The notes under the pieces are model-generated. The model had not been told where the DNA came from. It ran no database searches and worked only from the letters and a program-made list of their open reading frames with translations. Shown here piece by piece: positions 31,421-43,266 of a DNA stretch of 64,000 nt (its first letter is position 1; each line of letters starts with the position of its first letter). The stretch lies in contig CAVYSY010000040.1 of the NCBI GenBank assembly GCA_963771175.1, forward strand, positions 96,001 to 160,000. Reading direction: 5' to 3'. This DNA comes from an uncultured delta proteobacterium. GTDB taxonomy: Bacteria > Myxococcota > Myxococcia > Myxococcales > Myxococcaceae. The position numbers and the translations under genes are program-made.

Positions 31421-34400
31421 TCAGGGCACGGGCGCCGCGGCCGTCCGGGTCTCGGAACCGGAGCCGGAGCGCGCGCGCTTCAGCAAGGGTTCCACCTCGG
31501 CGCGCACGTCCGCCGGAGCGATCTTCAGGGCGTGCTCGAGCTTCGGCAGGGCCTCGGCGGGTCGGTCCCTGGCCAGGAGCAGCTCTCCCTGTCCCAGGAG
31601 TCCCTCGGCATAGCCCCGAGGTTCGGGACTCGGCCTCTTCTCCCAGAGCACCCGCGCACGTTCCAGGTCGCGCTCGGCCTCTTCCCAGCGTCCCAGGCGC
31701 ACCAGGACCCGGCCCAGGCCGTCGAGCGACTCCGCCACGGAGGGGTGCTCGGGCCCCAGCGCCTTTTCCCGGAGGGCCAGCGCGCCCTCGTACCGCGCCC
31801 GCGCCTCCTCGTTCCTGCCCAGCGCCCGGAGCACATCGCCCAGGTCATTGAGCGAGATGGCGAGATCAGGGTGTCCGGGCTCCAGGGCCTTCTGCTGGAT
31901 GGCCAGTGCGCGCTCGTGCCGCGCCTTCGCCTCGGCGTACCTGCCCATGGCCTGGAACACCTGGCCCAGATCGTTGAGCGAGCTGGCCACATCTGGATGA
32001 TCGGGCCCCAGCACCTCTTCCCGGATGGCCAGGGCGCGTTCCTGCCGCGCTCGCGCCTCCTCGTATCTGCCCAGCCCCCGGAGCGCACCTCCCAGGCTGT
32101 TGAGCGAGTTGGCGACGTCCGGGTGCTCGGGCCCCAGCGCCTTCTCTCGGATGGCCAGGGCTCGTGCGTGCAGGGCCCGCGCCGCCTCGTACTGGCCCAT
32201 CTCATGGAGCGCGATGCCCACGTTGTTGAGCGAGCTGGCGACGTCCGGGTGCTCGGGCCCCAGCGCCTTCTCCCGGAGGTTGAGCGCGTGCTCGAACAAC
32301 GCGTGGGCCTCCTTGTAGCGGCCCAGCTCCAAATACGCGGTGCCCAGGTTGCTGTACGAGAGCGCCACCAGCGGGTGCTCGCGCCCCAGGAGCTTCTCCC
32401 GGAGGTCCAGCGCGCTCGTGTACGCGACCCGGGCCTCCTCGTACTTGCCCAGGGCTCCGAGCACGGTCCCCAGGTTGTTGAGTGAAGCCACCACGAAGTA
32501 GTGCTCGGGTCCCAGCACCTTCTTCCGGAGCGCGAGCGCGCTCTCGTGCCGGACCCGGGCCTCCTCGTACCTGCCCATCTCCTGGAACACGATGGCCAGG
32601 TCGTTGAGCGACTCCGCACGGGCCCGGTCGTCATCCGCGCACTCCGCCGCCGATTCCATCGCCAGCACCAGGCCCATCGCGTCCTGATGGCGCGCCTGCC
32701 GCCACCCCACCTCCCGGAGCAGCAGGGTCCACGCCCGGGCGACCAGCGGCAGATCCTTGCTCCGCGCGGCCTCGGGGATGGCCTGTCGCACCAGGGCCTC
32801 GGCTCCGGCGTAGTCGCCGGTCGATTCCTTCAGGTAGGCGACCTGGTACAGGGCCTGTGCTCGCAGGGGCGCGTAGCCCACCTGCTCCACCTGGGGGAGC
32901 AGCTTCTCTCCGCGGGATAGCCCGTCCCGGAACTTGCCGGTCAACCGCAGGGTCTCGAGCTCGTCCACCTGGAGTTGGAGCGCCTCCGCGCGGGCTCGCA
33001 CGGTGGGATCCTCCGGTGGTGGCACCGTCGCCGTCAGTGCCTTGATGTCCGCGCAGGCGTCGAGCGGCGGCAGCGACTGCACCGCTTGCACGGCCTTCGA
33101 GAGGTTGTCCCGATCCGGGCCCTGGGTGAACAGTTGCGTCAGGGACCGCAGTTGGCTGCGTCGTCGCTCCAGGCAGAACACCTGGAGCACGGCGGGATCC
33201 CTCGGCGACGTCTCCCGGTCCTGGGTGGCCTCACAGGCCTCGGTGCGCAGCTTCGTCCACGTGCCCGCGTAGCCATCGAGCAGCGTGGATACGCGCGTGA
33301 AGGTGTCCTGTGCATAGGGCAGTTTCGTGCCCAGGAAGGCCTTGCGCATCCGCGCCTTCACCGTCTCGTCCCAGGTGCCGACGAGCCGGCGCTCCAGGTG
33401 CGCGCACCCCGGCTCCTCCTCCTGGCGCAGCACCATGCTCCAGACGGTGAGCCCCGCCAGTGTCGCCACCAGTGCCGTCCGTATCACCGCGCGTCTCCGG
33501 GCGTGGCGCCGAGCCTCGGGATCGTCCTCCAGCGCGGAGATGAGCTCCACCATGGAGGCGGGGCGCTGCGCCGGGTCGGCCTTCAGGCCCTGGAACAGGG
33601 TGCGCGCCACCCACGAGGGGACCTCCGATTGCGGAGGGGGTGGCTTCACCCGTGCCTCGAGTTGGGCCTGGCTGGACTCGGCGTGGGTGGCTCCCGAGAA
33701 GGGATGCTGCCGATACAGGGCCTCGTAGAGGGCCACGCAGAAGGCGAATAGATCACTCCGCGCATCCGCGACTCCGGCCCGCAGCACCTCGGGGGCCATG
33801 TAGCGGGGCGTACCCAGCAGCGTGTCGTGCAGGGTGAGCGGGCTCTCCAGGGCGCCCGGCTTCAGGGCTTGGGCGAGGTCCTCGGGCGCGGCCGGGGCGG
33901 GCGTGGACTCGGCGCGCGCGAGGCCGAAGTCCGTCACCCGCACCCTCCCGTCCGTGCCCACCAGGACGTTCTCGGGTTTGAAGTCGCGGTGCACGAGGCC
34001 GGCGGCGTGCGCGGCGGCCAGCCCGCGTGCGGCGGCCAGGTACGTCGCCAATATCTCCCGCCAGGTGCGAGGGGCCTGCTCGAGCCAGCGCTTCAGCGTC
34101 TGCCCCTCCACCATCTCCATGGCGATGAAGATGGAGCCGTCCTCCAGGGTGCCGACGTCGTAGATGGCCACCACGTTGGGGTGGGAGAGGCGGGCCATGG
34201 CCTGGGCCTCGCGCAGCATGCGCGCCTCGAGATCTCGCTCGGACTGGCTGGAGTCCAGCTCTCGGCGGAGCAGCTTGAGGGCCACGCGCCGGTCCAGGCG
34301 CGCGTCGTAGGCGGCCACCACCTCGCCCATGCCGCCGCGGCCGAGCGGGTTCAGCACGGTGTAGCGGCCCACCAGGGTCCGCCCTGGCGTCGGGGAGATG

Positions 34401-34609
34401 GGCTCGGCCGAGGGCGGCGGGGCGTCGGACAGCCCCCGGGAAGGCAGTAAAGAGATCTGGGTGCGGACCTGGGTGGGGGCATCCCCCAGGAAATCGAGGT
34501 CCCGGGCGGCCTCGGGTGACAGCGAGGCCTGGCTCCGCACGAGGGTGGGGGACTCCTCCATGGCGTCAGGGCCCGAGGCGCTCTTCTCTCGTGGCTCCTT
34601 GTCGCTCAT
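31421..34609 (-). CDS. Ser/Thr protein kinase with TM segment and TPR repeats
   Basis: [27 protein letters not shown]; multiple 42-aa [16 protein letters not shown] repeats. Confidence 0.92.
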   Translation of the reverse strand: MSDKEPREKSASGPDAMEESPTLVRSQASLSPEAARDLDFLGDAPTQVRTQISLLPSRGLSDAPPPSAEPISPTPGRTLVGRYTVLNPLGRGGMGEVVAAYDARLDRRVALKLLRRELDSSQSERDLEARMLREAQAMARLSHPNVVAIYDVGTLEDGSIFIAMEMVEGQTLKRWLEQAPRTWREILATYLAAARGLAAAHAAGLVHRDFKPENVLVGTDGRVRVTDFGLARAESTPAPAAPEDLAQALKPGALESPLTLHDTLLGTPRYMAPEVLRAGVADARSDLFAFCVALYEALYRQHPFSGATHAESSQAQLEARVKPPPPQSEVPSWVARTLFQGLKADPAQRPASMVELISALEDDPEARRHARRRAVIRTALVATLAGLTVWSMVLRQEEEPGCAHLERRLVGTWDETVKARMRKAFLGTKLPYAQDTFTRVSTLLDGYAGTWTKLRTEACEATQDRETSPRDPAVLQVFCLERRRSQLRSLTQLFTQGPDRDNLSKAVQAVQSLPPLDACADIKALTATVPPPEDPTVRARAEALQLQVDELETLRLTGKFRDGLSRGEKLLPQVEQVGYAPLRAQALYQVAYLKESTGDYAGAEALVRQAIPEAARSKDLPLVARAWTLLLREVGWRQARHQDAMGLVLAMESAAECADDDRARAESLNDLAIVFQEMGRYEEARVRHESALALRKKVLGPEHYFVVASLNNLGTVLGALGKYEEARVAYTSALDLREKLLGREHPLVALSYSNLGTAYLELGRYKEAHALFEHALNLREKALGPEHPDVASSLNNVGIALHEMGQYEAARALHARALAIREKALGPEHPDVANSLNSLGGALRGLGRYEEARARQERALAIREEVLGPDHPDVASSLNDLGQVFQAMGRYAEAKARHERALAIQQKALEPGHPDLAISLNDLGDVLRALGRNEEARARYEGALALREKALGPEHPSVAESLDGLGRVLVRLGRWEEAERDLERARVLWEKRPSPEPRGYAEGLLGQGELLLARDRPAEALPKLEHALKIAPADVRAEVEPLLKRARSGSGSETRTAAAPVP

Positions 34610-34688
34610 CTGGGGTGCCTCCCTGGGTCCGGACCGTTGGCGAGGCTCCAGTCATACCCTGGAGGAGGGGAATCCTGCAGCCTCCGCG

Positions 34689-34725
34689 AAAAAGGAGCCC
34701 CGGCGCTTGTCGGCCCAGGCCGCTC
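34689..34725 (-). terminator. Possible rho-independent terminator
   Basis: GC-rich imperfect stem followed by TTTTT on the minus strand right after the stop at 34724. Confidence 0.35.
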
Positions 34726-35899
34726 AGTAGGACGCGGGGCCCTGGAGGTGCGTGCTCAGGAAGTCGAGCGCGTCGAGATCGTACTGGCTCTTGGCCGCCA
34801 CGTCCGCGGCGGTGAAGGTGGTGGAGACGGCGAAGGCCTCGTCGAAGCTGTGCTTGACGTTCTCGGGATAGGCATCCGAGACGGGGGCCTGGGCGAGCGC
34901 GAGCTGCTTCGCCCGGGGCATCCGGTTGTCCCGGCAGTTCTCCAGCAGGCTGTCCGCCGTGCCCATGACCATGCGGAAGGGGACGTTGGGAATCCAGGTG
35001 CTCTTGTTGTTGGTGATGCCGCCGTAGTTGGTGTCCGGAGTCGGGTCCGAGGCCCCACCGTCGCCATTCCGGGTCTGCAGTCCGCAGCCGGGATAGAACG
35101 CGTAGCCGACCTTGAACAGCGTGCCCGTGTTGTAGAGCGGTGCCGCGCCCGTCAGGGTCTGCCCGGACGTGTTCGTCCAGGTGTTCGAGTTCGCGAGGAG
35201 GGCCATCGTGGTGCTGCCCCCATGTGACCACCCGAGCACGCCCACGCGGCTCAGGTCGATTCCCGGGACGGTCTCCAGGAAGTGGTACGCCGCCACGGCA
35301 TCCTGGGGGCGCTGGGTCGTCTCCTCGACGCCGAGGGCGTACAGGACGTCATCCCCGGGGTAGGTGCTGCCTTCCTTGCAGATGCCCTTGCTGATGGGCA
35401 CGGAGACGGTCTGCCCGTCGCGGACGATCGAGACCTGGCCGCCGTTCACGATGCCGCGGCTCGAGAAGCTGTCCACGAAGAGGGCGGCGAAGCCCGCGTT
35501 CATCGCCCGCTGGGCCCACCCCTGCTGGTCGGCGGTCGGGCTCTCGTTGTCGAATACCCGCTTCAGGTCCGTGGTGTTGTTGGGCGCGCTGAACAGCCCG
35601 TTGCACCCGTGCAGGAAGACGAGGGCGGGCACCCCGGGCTCCGCCACGACGTTCGTCCCCGTCGGCATGTTCGACGGCAGGTAGAGGAAGCCCGAGATCG
35701 TGTGCCCGAGCGCGGCGTTCGGGATGTTGACGGAGATCCTCACCCCCGTCGGATAGGAGGGCGTGTTGAGCGCGAACGCCCCCACGGCACCGGACTCGGG
35801 CTCCAGCTCCGGGTGACTCTCGAAAGACCCCTCGGGCCCACAGGCCACCAGGAATGTCAGGATGGACAGCAGGCCCCTGCGGCGCCAGGACTCGAACAT
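34724..35899 (-). CDS. Alpha/beta hydrolase (dienelactone hydrolase-like) lipoprotein
   Basis: LVA-C lipobox, LHGCNG, GWSHGG nucleophile elbow, FYPGC, GTAD, HSFD. Confidence 0.8.
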   Translation of the reverse strand: MFESWRRRGLLSILTFLVACGPEGSFESHPELEPESGAVGAFALNTPSYPTGVRISVNIPNAALGHTISGFLYLPSNMPTGTNVVAEPGVPALVFLHGCNGLFSAPNNTTDLKRVFDNESPTADQQGWAQRAMNAGFAALFVDSFSSRGIVNGGQVSIVRDGQTVSVPISKGICKEGSTYPGDDVLYALGVEETTQRPQDAVAAYHFLETVPGIDLSRVGVLGWSHGGSTTMALLANSNTWTNTSGQTLTGAAPLYNTGTLFKVGYAFYPGCGLQTRNGDGGASDPTPDTNYGGITNNKSTWIPNVPFRMVMGTADSLLENCRDNRMPRAKQLALAQAPVSDAYPENVKHSFDEAFAVSTTFTAADVAAKSQYDLDALDFLSTHLQGPASY

Positions 35900-35986
35900 G
35901 GATGTACCTTTCCCCAGGCAGCCCCACCTTCATGGATGGGCGGGGCGATTACCCTGGTAACGAAAGGCCGCGCGTTTCTTCCCGGC

Positions 35987-36478
35987 TCAGGCCGTGATGT
36001 AGGCGAGCGCCAGGTCGAAGATCATCATCTCCAGCCGCTCGTAGTCGTCCTCGCTCACGAACTCGAAGGCGAAGGAGACGCGCCGGGGGCCGCTCTCGGC
36101 GGTGGAGGCCGCGACGATGCGCGCTCGGCCCACCACTGGCTCCTCCTCCTGCTCCGGCAGCCACAGCACGAAGCCGAGGCGCTCGTCGAGGGGGTTGCCG
36201 GGCAGCAGGCAGGAGAAGCCGCCGGAGGAGATGTCCAGGGTACGGCTGCGGAGCGAGCCGGTGCGGAAGCAGACGTCCACGGACATCCCCTTGGGGACGC
36301 GGAAGTTGCGCCGGGCCATGGAGCCGGGCTGCACGCTCTGTCCCTGGGCTGCCAGCAGGGAGCGGGCGAGCTGCTCGCGTGCCTCCAGGTAGAGGGCCCT
36401 CTCCTCGCTCGTGTGCAGCTTCCGGCGCGCCCGCTCGTGCAGCTCGCGGAAGCTCGTCAGCCAGACGGAGAAATCCAT
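35987..36478 (-). CDS. PilZ domain protein
   Basis: RRNFR (RxxxR) and DISSGG (DxSxxG) c-di-GMP motifs. Confidence 0.85.
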   Translation of the reverse strand: MDFSVWLTSFRELHERARRKLHTSEERALYLEAREQLARSLLAAQGQSVQPGSMARRNFRVPKGMSVDVCFRTGSLRSRTLDISSGGFSCLLPGNPLDERLGFVLWLPEQEEEPVVGRARIVAASTAESGPRRVSFAFEFVSEDDYERLEMMIFDLALAYITA

Positions 36479-36649
36479 GATCCCATCCTAGCGCGATTTT
36501 CCTGGCTGGACGGGTAGGGGATACGGGTTCCTACCCACGCCGCCCCCGGTGGGAGTGATGGCCCCGGTGAGCCTGCCTGCCCGGCAGGGGAGGGGCGGAT
36601 GGGGAAGCAGCGGAACCGCGCCCCCGGATCCGTTATAAGCCAGCCCGAA

Positions 36650-37294
36650 ATGTTCACAGGACTCATCCAGGACATCGGCGTGGTGGAGCGCCTCATCCCC
36701 GGCGGGATGACGGACGTGTGGATTCGCACGGCGCTGGGCGCGCGGGATTTCGCGCTCGGCGAGTCCATCGCGGTGGATGGCGCCTGCCTCACCGTGGTGG
36801 AGCGCGGCGGCGACTCGTTCCGCGTCCAGGCCGCTCCCGAGACGCTCCGGCGCACCACCCTGGGCGGCCTCCGTCCCGGCTCGCGCGTCAACCTCGAGCG
36901 GGCGCTCGCGCTGGGCGACCGGCTGGGCGGTCACCTCGTCAGCGGCCATGTGGACGCCGTCAGCGAGGTCCTGGAGACCCGGCCCGAGGGCGGCTCGTGG
37001 GTGATGATCTTCCGGCTCCCCGAGGAGCTGGCCCCCTTCTTCATCGAGAAGGGCTCGGTGACCATCGACGGCATCAGCCTCACCGTCAACTCGGTGGGGA
37101 CGGACCGCTTCGGCGTGCAGCTCATCCCCGAGACGCAGGAGCGCACCACGCTCCGCTCCAAGGGCGCGGGTGAGCGCGTGAACCTCGAAGGGGACATGAT
37201 CGGCAAGTACGTGGCGCGGCTGGTATCGCTGCGCCAGGGCCCGGGTGGCGGGCTCTCCGAGGCGGTCATCAAGGCGGCCGGTTTCGGCGGATGA
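36650..37294 (+). CDS. ribE: Riboflavin synthase (alpha chain)
   Basis: MFTGLI N-terminus, [23 protein letters not shown]. Confidence 0.95.
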   Translation: MFTGLIQDIGVVERLIPGGMTDVWIRTALGARDFALGESIAVDGACLTVVERGGDSFRVQAAPETLRRTTLGGLRPGSRVNLERALALGDRLGGHLVSGHVDAVSEVLETRPEGGSWVMIFRLPEELAPFFIEKGSVTIDGISLTVNSVGTDRFGVQLIPETQERTTLRSKGAGERVNLEGDMIGKYVARLVSLRQGPGGGLSEAVIKAAGFGG

Positions 37295-37314
37295 AGGCAG
37301 AGCAGGGAGCACGC

Positions 37315-38511
37315 ATGGCGCGCGGCAAGCAGCACGAGACGGACAGCATCGCCCTGGTGGATCGGGCCCTCGCGGAGATCCGCAAGGGCCGCATGGTCAT
37401 CCTCACGGATGACGAGGACCGGGAGAACGAGGGCGACCTCGTCATGGCGGCGGAGAAGGTGACGCCCCAGGCCATCAACTTCATGGCCACCCATGGGCGC
37501 GGGCTCATCTGCCTGTCGCTCACCGAGGAGCGCCTCCGCCGGCTCAACCTGCCCCTCATGGTGCAGGACAACACCTCGTCCTTCCAGACGGCCTTCACCG
37601 TCTCCATCGAGGCCTCCCAGGGCGTCTCCACCGGCATCTCCGCCGCGGATCGCGCTCACACCATCAAGGTGGCGGTGGCTCCGGACGCGAAGCCGAGCGA
37701 CCTGGCGCGCCCCGGCCACATCTTCCCCCTGCGCGCCCGGGAGGGCGGGGTGCTGGTGCGCACCGGGCAGACCGAGGGCAGCGTGGACCTGGCGCGCCTG
37801 GCCGGCCTGGAGCCCGCGGGCGTCATCTGCGAGATCATGAAGCCGGACGGGACCATGGCTCGCCGGCCGGACCTGGTGAAGTTCGCCCGGAAGCACAAGA
37901 TGGTGCTGCTGTCGGTGGCGGACCTCATCCGCTACCGGCTGGAGCGCGAGCGGCTCGTCCGGCGCATCGGCGAGGCCACCATCGAGCGCCGGGGGCAGGG
38001 CGCCTTCCAGGCCTACACCTACGGCAGTGACGTGGACAGCGCCGTGCACGTGGCCCTGGTGAAGGGGGACGTCTCGGGCCGCACGCCCGTGCTCACCCGC
38101 GTCCACCGCGCCTGCCTGGTGGGGGAGCTGCTGGGGAGCGCCGGGTGCGACTGCGGCAGCCAGTTGGAGCAGGCCCTCCAGCGCATCCAGGCGGAGGGGC
38201 GCGGGGTGGTCATCTTCCTCCAGCGCGACGTGCCGGCGAAGAACCGGCTGGAGTGCACCCACGTCTCCAACGAGGAGGCCGTGCCGGGCAACAACGACCA
38301 GACGCGCCTGCGCGAGTTCGGCGTGGGGGCTCAAATCCTCAAGGACCTGGGGCTGTCCCGGCTGCGCCTGCTCACCAATAACCCCAAGAAGATCGTGGGC
38401 TTGGAGAGCTACTCGCTGGAGGTGGTGGAGCAGATTCCGCTCGCCCTGTCCGCCGAGCGGCCGTTACGGGTGGCCGCTCGTCGCCCTCCTCGCCGCCGGA
38501 AGACCTCCTGA
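37315..38511 (+). CDS. ribB: DHBP synthase fused to a degenerate GTP cyclohydrolase II domain (RibBA/RibBX)
   Basis: [26 protein letters not shown]. The C-domain has RVH..C..G..CDC and LLTNNPKK but no QEGRGIGL. Confidence 0.85.
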   Translation: MARGKQHETDSIALVDRALAEIRKGRMVILTDDEDRENEGDLVMAAEKVTPQAINFMATHGRGLICLSLTEERLRRLNLPLMVQDNTSSFQTAFTVSIEASQGVSTGISAADRAHTIKVAVAPDAKPSDLARPGHIFPLRAREGGVLVRTGQTEGSVDLARLAGLEPAGVICEIMKPDGTMARRPDLVKFARKHKMVLLSVADLIRYRLERERLVRRIGEATIERRGQGAFQAYTYGSDVDSAVHVALVKGDVSGRTPVLTRVHRACLVGELLGSAGCDCGSQLEQALQRIQAEGRGVVIFLQRDVPAKNRLECTHVSNEEAVPGNNDQTRLREFGVGAQILKDLGLSRLRLLTNNPKKIVGLESYSLEVVEQIPLALSAERPLRVAARRPPRRRKTS

Positions 38512-38576
38512 AGGTAGCGGGCTGGAAAACTCTATAAGGACGCCAGCCGCTTGGCTGGTGTAGAGAGGGGCCGCAC

Positions 38577-39068
38577 ATGCCTCGCTACATCGAAGGTGAC
38601 TTCCTCCCCCCCAAGGGCCGCTTCGCCATTTGCGTCGCCCGCTTCAACGCGTTCATCACCGAGGAGCTGGTGAAGGGCGCGGTGGACACGCTGGTGCGCC
38701 ACGGTGTGGCCGACGGGGACATCGACGTCTTCCGCTGCCCCGGCACCTATGAGCTGCCGTCGCTGACGCGGCGCGTGTCGGACATGCGTGCCTACGTGGG
38801 CATCATCACCCTGGGCGCCGTCATCCGCGGGGGCACGCCGCACTTCGACTACGTGGCCGGCGAGTGCGCCAAGGGCATCGGCAACGTGGCCTTCAACTCG
38901 CAGGCGTCCGTCACCTTCGGCGTGCTCACCTGCGACACGGTGGAGCAGGCCATCGACCGGGCCGGCGTGAAGGCCGGCAACAAGGGCGCCGAGGCCGCCA
39001 TGGCCTGCATCGAGATGGTCAACCTCCACGCGAAGCTGGCCACCCTGACGGAAGGGAAGAGGAGCTAG
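38577..39068 (+). CDS. ribH: Lumazine synthase
   Basis: ARFN, PGTYELP, GAVIRGGTPHFDYV, GNKG. Confidence 0.95.
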   Translation: MPRYIEGDFLPPKGRFAICVARFNAFITEELVKGAVDTLVRHGVADGDIDVFRCPGTYELPSLTRRVSDMRAYVGIITLGAVIRGGTPHFDYVAGECAKGIGNVAFNSQASVTFGVLTCDTVEQAIDRAGVKAGNKGAEAAMACIEMVNLHAKLATLTEGKRS

Positions 39069-39070
39069 CC

Positions 39071-39490
39071 ATGGGCGCGCGGAGAACGGCACGTGAGCGT
39101 GCGCTGCAGGCCCTGTATCAACTGGAGATGACGCCGGGGTCCATCGGCGATGCCCTGGAGTCCGCGTGGGCCGCCGCCGAGGAGGCCCGCAAGGAGCCCG
39201 AGGCGGTGAAGTTCGCCCGCGAGCTCGTCGAGGGCGTGATGGACCACCGCGCGGAGATCGACCGGCTCATCGAGCAGCACAGCCACAACTGGCGGCTGGA
39301 CCGGATGGGTCGCATCGACCGCAACGTGCTGCGCCTGGGCGTCTTCGAGCTGAAGTACCGCCCGGACATCCCCAAGAAGGTGTCCCTCAACGAGGCGGTG
39401 GAGCTGGGCAAGAACTTCGGCACCGAGGAGTCCAGCGCCTTCGTCAACGGCCTGCTGGACCGCGTGGCCGCGGCGCTGGGGAAGCAGTGA
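39071..39490 (+). CDS. nusB: Transcription antitermination factor NusB
   Basis: RRTARERALQALYQ, NWRLDRM, NEAVELGK, FVNGLLD. Confidence 0.95.
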   Translation: MGARRTARERALQALYQLEMTPGSIGDALESAWAAAEEARKEPEAVKFARELVEGVMDHRAEIDRLIEQHSHNWRLDRMGRIDRNVLRLGVFELKYRPDIPKKVSLNEAVELGKNFGTEESSAFVNGLLDRVAAALGKQ

Positions 39491-39975
39491 ACGTCGCCGC
39501 CTACGATATCGGCTTCGAGGGCCTGGATGCGCTGGAAGGGATCGACGCCCTTTGCCTCTTCGTGGGCGAGGACGATCGACCCCTCCCGGGCTCGGTGGGC
39601 TACGTGGACTGGCGGCTGTGCGGCACCTTGTCGCGCGTCCTCCAGTCAGGCTTCTTCGTGGGCGCCCAGGACGACTCCCTCCTGCTGCCCACGGATGGCC
39701 GCTTCCCCGTGCCCCGCATCTTCGTGATCGGCTTGGGGCAGAGGGGGAGCCTGGACGCCTCCTCGCTGGGCGAGGTCATGGCCAACGCCGCCCAGGTGAT
39801 GGCCAAGGCCAAGGTGCAGGCGGTGGCCCTCGAGGTGCCCGGCGCCGGCCGTCTCGACGAGGGCACCCGCGCTTCCGCCCTGAACAACAAGTTCCTCCCG
39901 GCCTTCAAGGGGCAGCGGGTCGCCGTCCTGGCGGACAAGGAATTGGCCCGACGCCTGCCCGGTCGCAAGGGCTGA
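39487..39975 (+). CDS. Peptidase M17 N-terminal-like domain protein
   Basis: EDDRPLPG..GYVDWRLCGTLSR. GTGA overlap with nusB. Confidence 0.6.
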   Translation: MNVAAYDIGFEGLDALEGIDALCLFVGEDDRPLPGSVGYVDWRLCGTLSRVLQSGFFVGAQDDSLLLPTDGRFPVPRIFVIGLGQRGSLDASSLGEVMANAAQVMAKAKVQAVALEVPGAGRLDEGTRASALNNKFLPAFKGQRVAVLADKELARRLPGRKG

Positions 39976-40024
39976 AGCTCGCGGTGACCGGCCGTTCTGG
40001 TACGATGGGGGCCGGTTCCAACGA

Positions 40025-40399
40025 ATGAAGTTCAAAGTCCTGATCGTGGAGGATTCCAAGGCTTCGCGGGAGTTGATTGCCGCGACGGTGGAGTCCATTT
40101 CCGGTCTGGAGGCCTTCGCCACCAGCAGTGGCTTCGAGGCCCTCAAGCTGCTGCCCCGGCACCGGTTCGACCTCATCATCACCGACATCAACATGCCCGA
40201 CATCAACGGGCTGGAGTTGATCAACTTCGTCAAGAAGAACCCCAACTACCGGGACACGCCCCTGTTCATCGTCACCACCGAGGGTCGCGAGAAGGACCGC
40301 GATCGCGGGCTGGCGCTGGGCGCCTCTGAGTACCTCGTCAAGCCGTTCTCGCCGGAGCGCCTGGAAGGGCTCGTGCGGCGTTACCTGAAGCTCGCGTGA
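40025..40399 (+). CDS. cheY: CheY-like single-domain response regulator
   Basis: VEDS, TDINMP, KPF; first gene of the che cluster. Confidence 0.85.
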   Translation: MKFKVLIVEDSKASRELIAATVESISGLEAFATSSGFEALKLLPRHRFDLIITDINMPDINGLELINFVKKNPNYRDTPLFIVTTEGREKDRDRGLALGASEYLVKPFSPERLEGLVRRYLKLA

Positions 40400-42667
40400 A
40401 CCAGGCCGGCAAAGCGTTGGCGGAGTTCGTCGCCGAGGGGACGGAGATCCTCGAGGCGCTGGGCAAGGACCTGCTCGTGCTGGATCAGCAGCGCGGGCAG
40501 GAGCCGGATCCGGATCTCATCAATGGCATCTTCCGGGCCGCGCACTCGCTCAAGGGCCTGGCGGCGCTCTTCGGCCAGGAGCGCATCGCGAAGCTGGCGC
40601 ACCAGTCCGAGGATCTGCTGGACCGGCTGCGGCTGGGCAAGCTCGCGCTGGATGACCGGGCGCTGGACACCCTCATCGAGTCGCTGGACGTGTTCCAGTC
40701 CCTGCTGGCGGAGGCCTCTCGGGAGGAGTCTTCGGACTCCATGGCCGAGCGCGCGGCGGAGCTGGCCTCGCGGCTGGAGAACCTGGGGATCGACCCGACG
40801 GCGGTGGAGGAGGATCCGCTCGACCGGTTGGACCTGGACCCGCAGGTGCGCGCCGTCTTCACCGAGTACGAGGAGCACCGCCTGCGCGAGAACGTGCGCC
40901 GCGGCGTGGCCCTCTACCGCGTGCGCGCCGCGTTCGACCTGTCCGACTTCGACACGGGGCTCGCCGAGCTCAACACGCGCCTCAAGCCGCTGGGCGAGGT
41001 CGTCAGCACGCTGCCCTCGTCGGAGCCGGGTGGGGCCACGGGCATCGCGTTCGATCTCATCTTCGGCGCCAAGGTGTCGGCCGAGGAGCTGGAATCGAAG
41101 CTGAAGGGCACGCCCGCGCAGCTCTTCGCGCTGAAGGTGCGCCCCGGTGGAGCCGCGCCCGCCGCGGCAGTCCCGGCTGTCGCCACTCCGAAGAAGAGGG
41201 CGAGCCGGAAGAAGATTTCAAAGGCCGCCTCCGAGACTCCCTCCGCGAGCGAGGCCGGGTCGGGCAGCCGGACCGAGAAGGCCCCGGCCCTGCGCGCGGT
41301 CGAGCCGGAGAGCCAGGAGCCCACGCAGGAGGTGCTGGCGCTCCGGGACGAGCCCGCGCCTTCCCGTTCCGAGACGTCCGCGCCCCCGGTGCGCACGATG
41401 ACGCTGTCGGACGAGTCGGGGGTGCCGCGCTCCCGCTCGGAGAGCGAGTCGCTGCGCTCGCTGTCCCAGACGGTGCGCGTGGACATCGGCCGGCTGGACG
41501 CGCTGATGAACACGGTGGGCGAGCTGCTGCTCATCAAGGCCAACCTGCAGCGCATGGCGGAGACGGCGCGGCAGGAGGGCCCGGCGGCGCTCTCCAAGCT
41601 GTGGGGGCAGGAGCTGGGGCGCGAGACGCGGCAGCTCGAGCGCAAGCTGGACGCGCTCCAGCAGGGCCTGCTCGAGGCGCGCATGGTGCCCGTGGGCCAG
41701 GTGTTCGACCGGCTCGCCCGGCTGGTGCGCCGCATCGCCCGCGAGTCGGGTAAGGAGATCGACTTCGTCATCAGCGGCGGCGAGGTGGAGCTGGACAAGC
41801 TCATCGTCGAGGAGCTGAGCGATCCGCTGATGCACATCATCCGCAACGCCATCGACCATGGCGCGGAGTCGCCGGAGGCGCGCGAGGCGGCGGGCAAGTC
41901 CCGGCGGGCGCGCATCTCCCTGCGGGCGGAGCAGAAGGGCAACCACGTCGTCATCGAGGTGAGCGACGACGGCTCCGGCATCGACGAGCTGGGCGTGCGC
42001 GAGCTGGCCCTGCGCAAGGGCCTCATCACCGAGGCCCAGGCACGCGGAGATGAGCCGGCGCGAGCTGCTCAACCTCATCTTCCTGCCGGGCTTCTCCACC
42101 GCCCGCCGCGTGTCCGAGCTGTCCGGCCGCGGGGTGGGGCTGGACGTGGTGAAGAACAACATCGGCAACCTGTCCGGCATCATCGATGTGTGGAGCGAGC
42201 GCGGAAAGGGCACGGCCTTCCACCTCACGCTGCCCGTCACCCTGGCCATCATCCGCGCGCTGGTGGTGGGCGTGAGCGGGCGCACCTACGCGGTGCCACT
42301 CAACAGCGTGCTGGAAATCCTCTCCGTGAAGCCCTCGGAGATCCGCACCGTGGAGCGCCGCGAGGTGCTGGACGTGCGGGGACAGACGCTGCCCCTCATG
42401 CGCCTGTCCCGGGTGTTCGGCCACCCCGAGCGCCAGAACGACCGGCACTTCGTGGTGGTGGCCGGGCTGGCCCAGGAGCGGCTGGGGATCGCCGTGGACG
42501 AGCTGCAGGGCCAGCAGGACATCGTCGTCAAATCCCTGGGCAGTCGCCTGCAGGGCGTGCGAGGGATCTCCGGGGCCGCCGACCTGGCCAACCGGCGCAC
42601 CGTGCTGGTGCTGGATGTGGGTGCCTTGCTCGGAGAGGGGATGAGCCTGGAGCGACGTCGCGCCTGA
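40396..42667 (+). CDS. cheA: Chemotaxis histidine kinase CheA (apparent frameshift near 42040)
   Basis: FRAAHSLKG Hpt, HIIRNAIDHG, DDGSG, then GFST..SGRGVGLDVV and a CheW-like P5 domain in a shifted frame. Confidence 0.9.
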
Positions 42668-42701
42668 TGCCTCCGGCCGTGGGGCTGCTATCCTCCAGTC
42701 C

Positions 42702-43266
42702 GTGCCTTCCCTGTCCGTCCTGCTCGACAGCTTCTTCTACCATCCGGATGAGGACATCGGTCTCCTGCAGGAGCTGGTGGCCGGCACCGACGAGTCGATC
42801 GAGCCCGTCGCCGAGGAGATCCCCGAGGAGTACCTGGCCTTCCGGCTGGAAGGGGAGCACTACGCGGTGCCCATCCACGGGGTGCGCGGAGATCGTGAAG
42901 ATTCCGCCGCTCACCGAGGTGCCTCGCGCCGCGGCCAACCTGCTCGGGGTGATGTACCTGCGCGGCGAGGTGCTGCCCGTCTACGACGTGAAGGTGCGGC
43001 TGCGGTTGGCGGACAATGCGCCGCTGGTGGCGGGCCCCGAGGCGCCGGAACCTCCGCGCAGCGCGCGCATCATCGTGGTGCAGACGATGGACGGGCTCGC
43101 GGGCATCTGGGTGGACGCGGTGTCCGAGGTGGTGCGGCTGCGGCCCTCCATGTTGGAGCTGGCCCCGCCAGGCGTGGGTGGCGGAGAACGGGATTGTGTG
43201 GTGGGGCTCGGGCGTCGCAACCAGCAGCTCTTCATCCTGCTCGACATCTGGCAGGCCCTGGCATGA
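42702..43266 (+). CDS. cheW: CheW (apparent frameshift near 42886)
   Basis: YLAFRLEGEHYAV + EIVK..LTEVP..LGVMYLRGEVLPVYD. Confidence 0.85.

Noticed and set aside
31700..32620. 126-bp-period DNA repeats
   Set aside because: Explained by 42-aa TPR repeats of the kinase, a common myxobacterial architecture.
28633..39068. Riboflavin genes as a flavin-shuttle partner of the cytochrome conduit
   Set aside because: They sit in the standard glyA-nrdR-rib-nusB backbone. Proximity alone gives no support.
40396..43266. 956-aa CheA-CheW fusion ORF
   Set aside because: Produced by two compensating frameshifts. CheA ends at 42667 and cheW starts at 42702.
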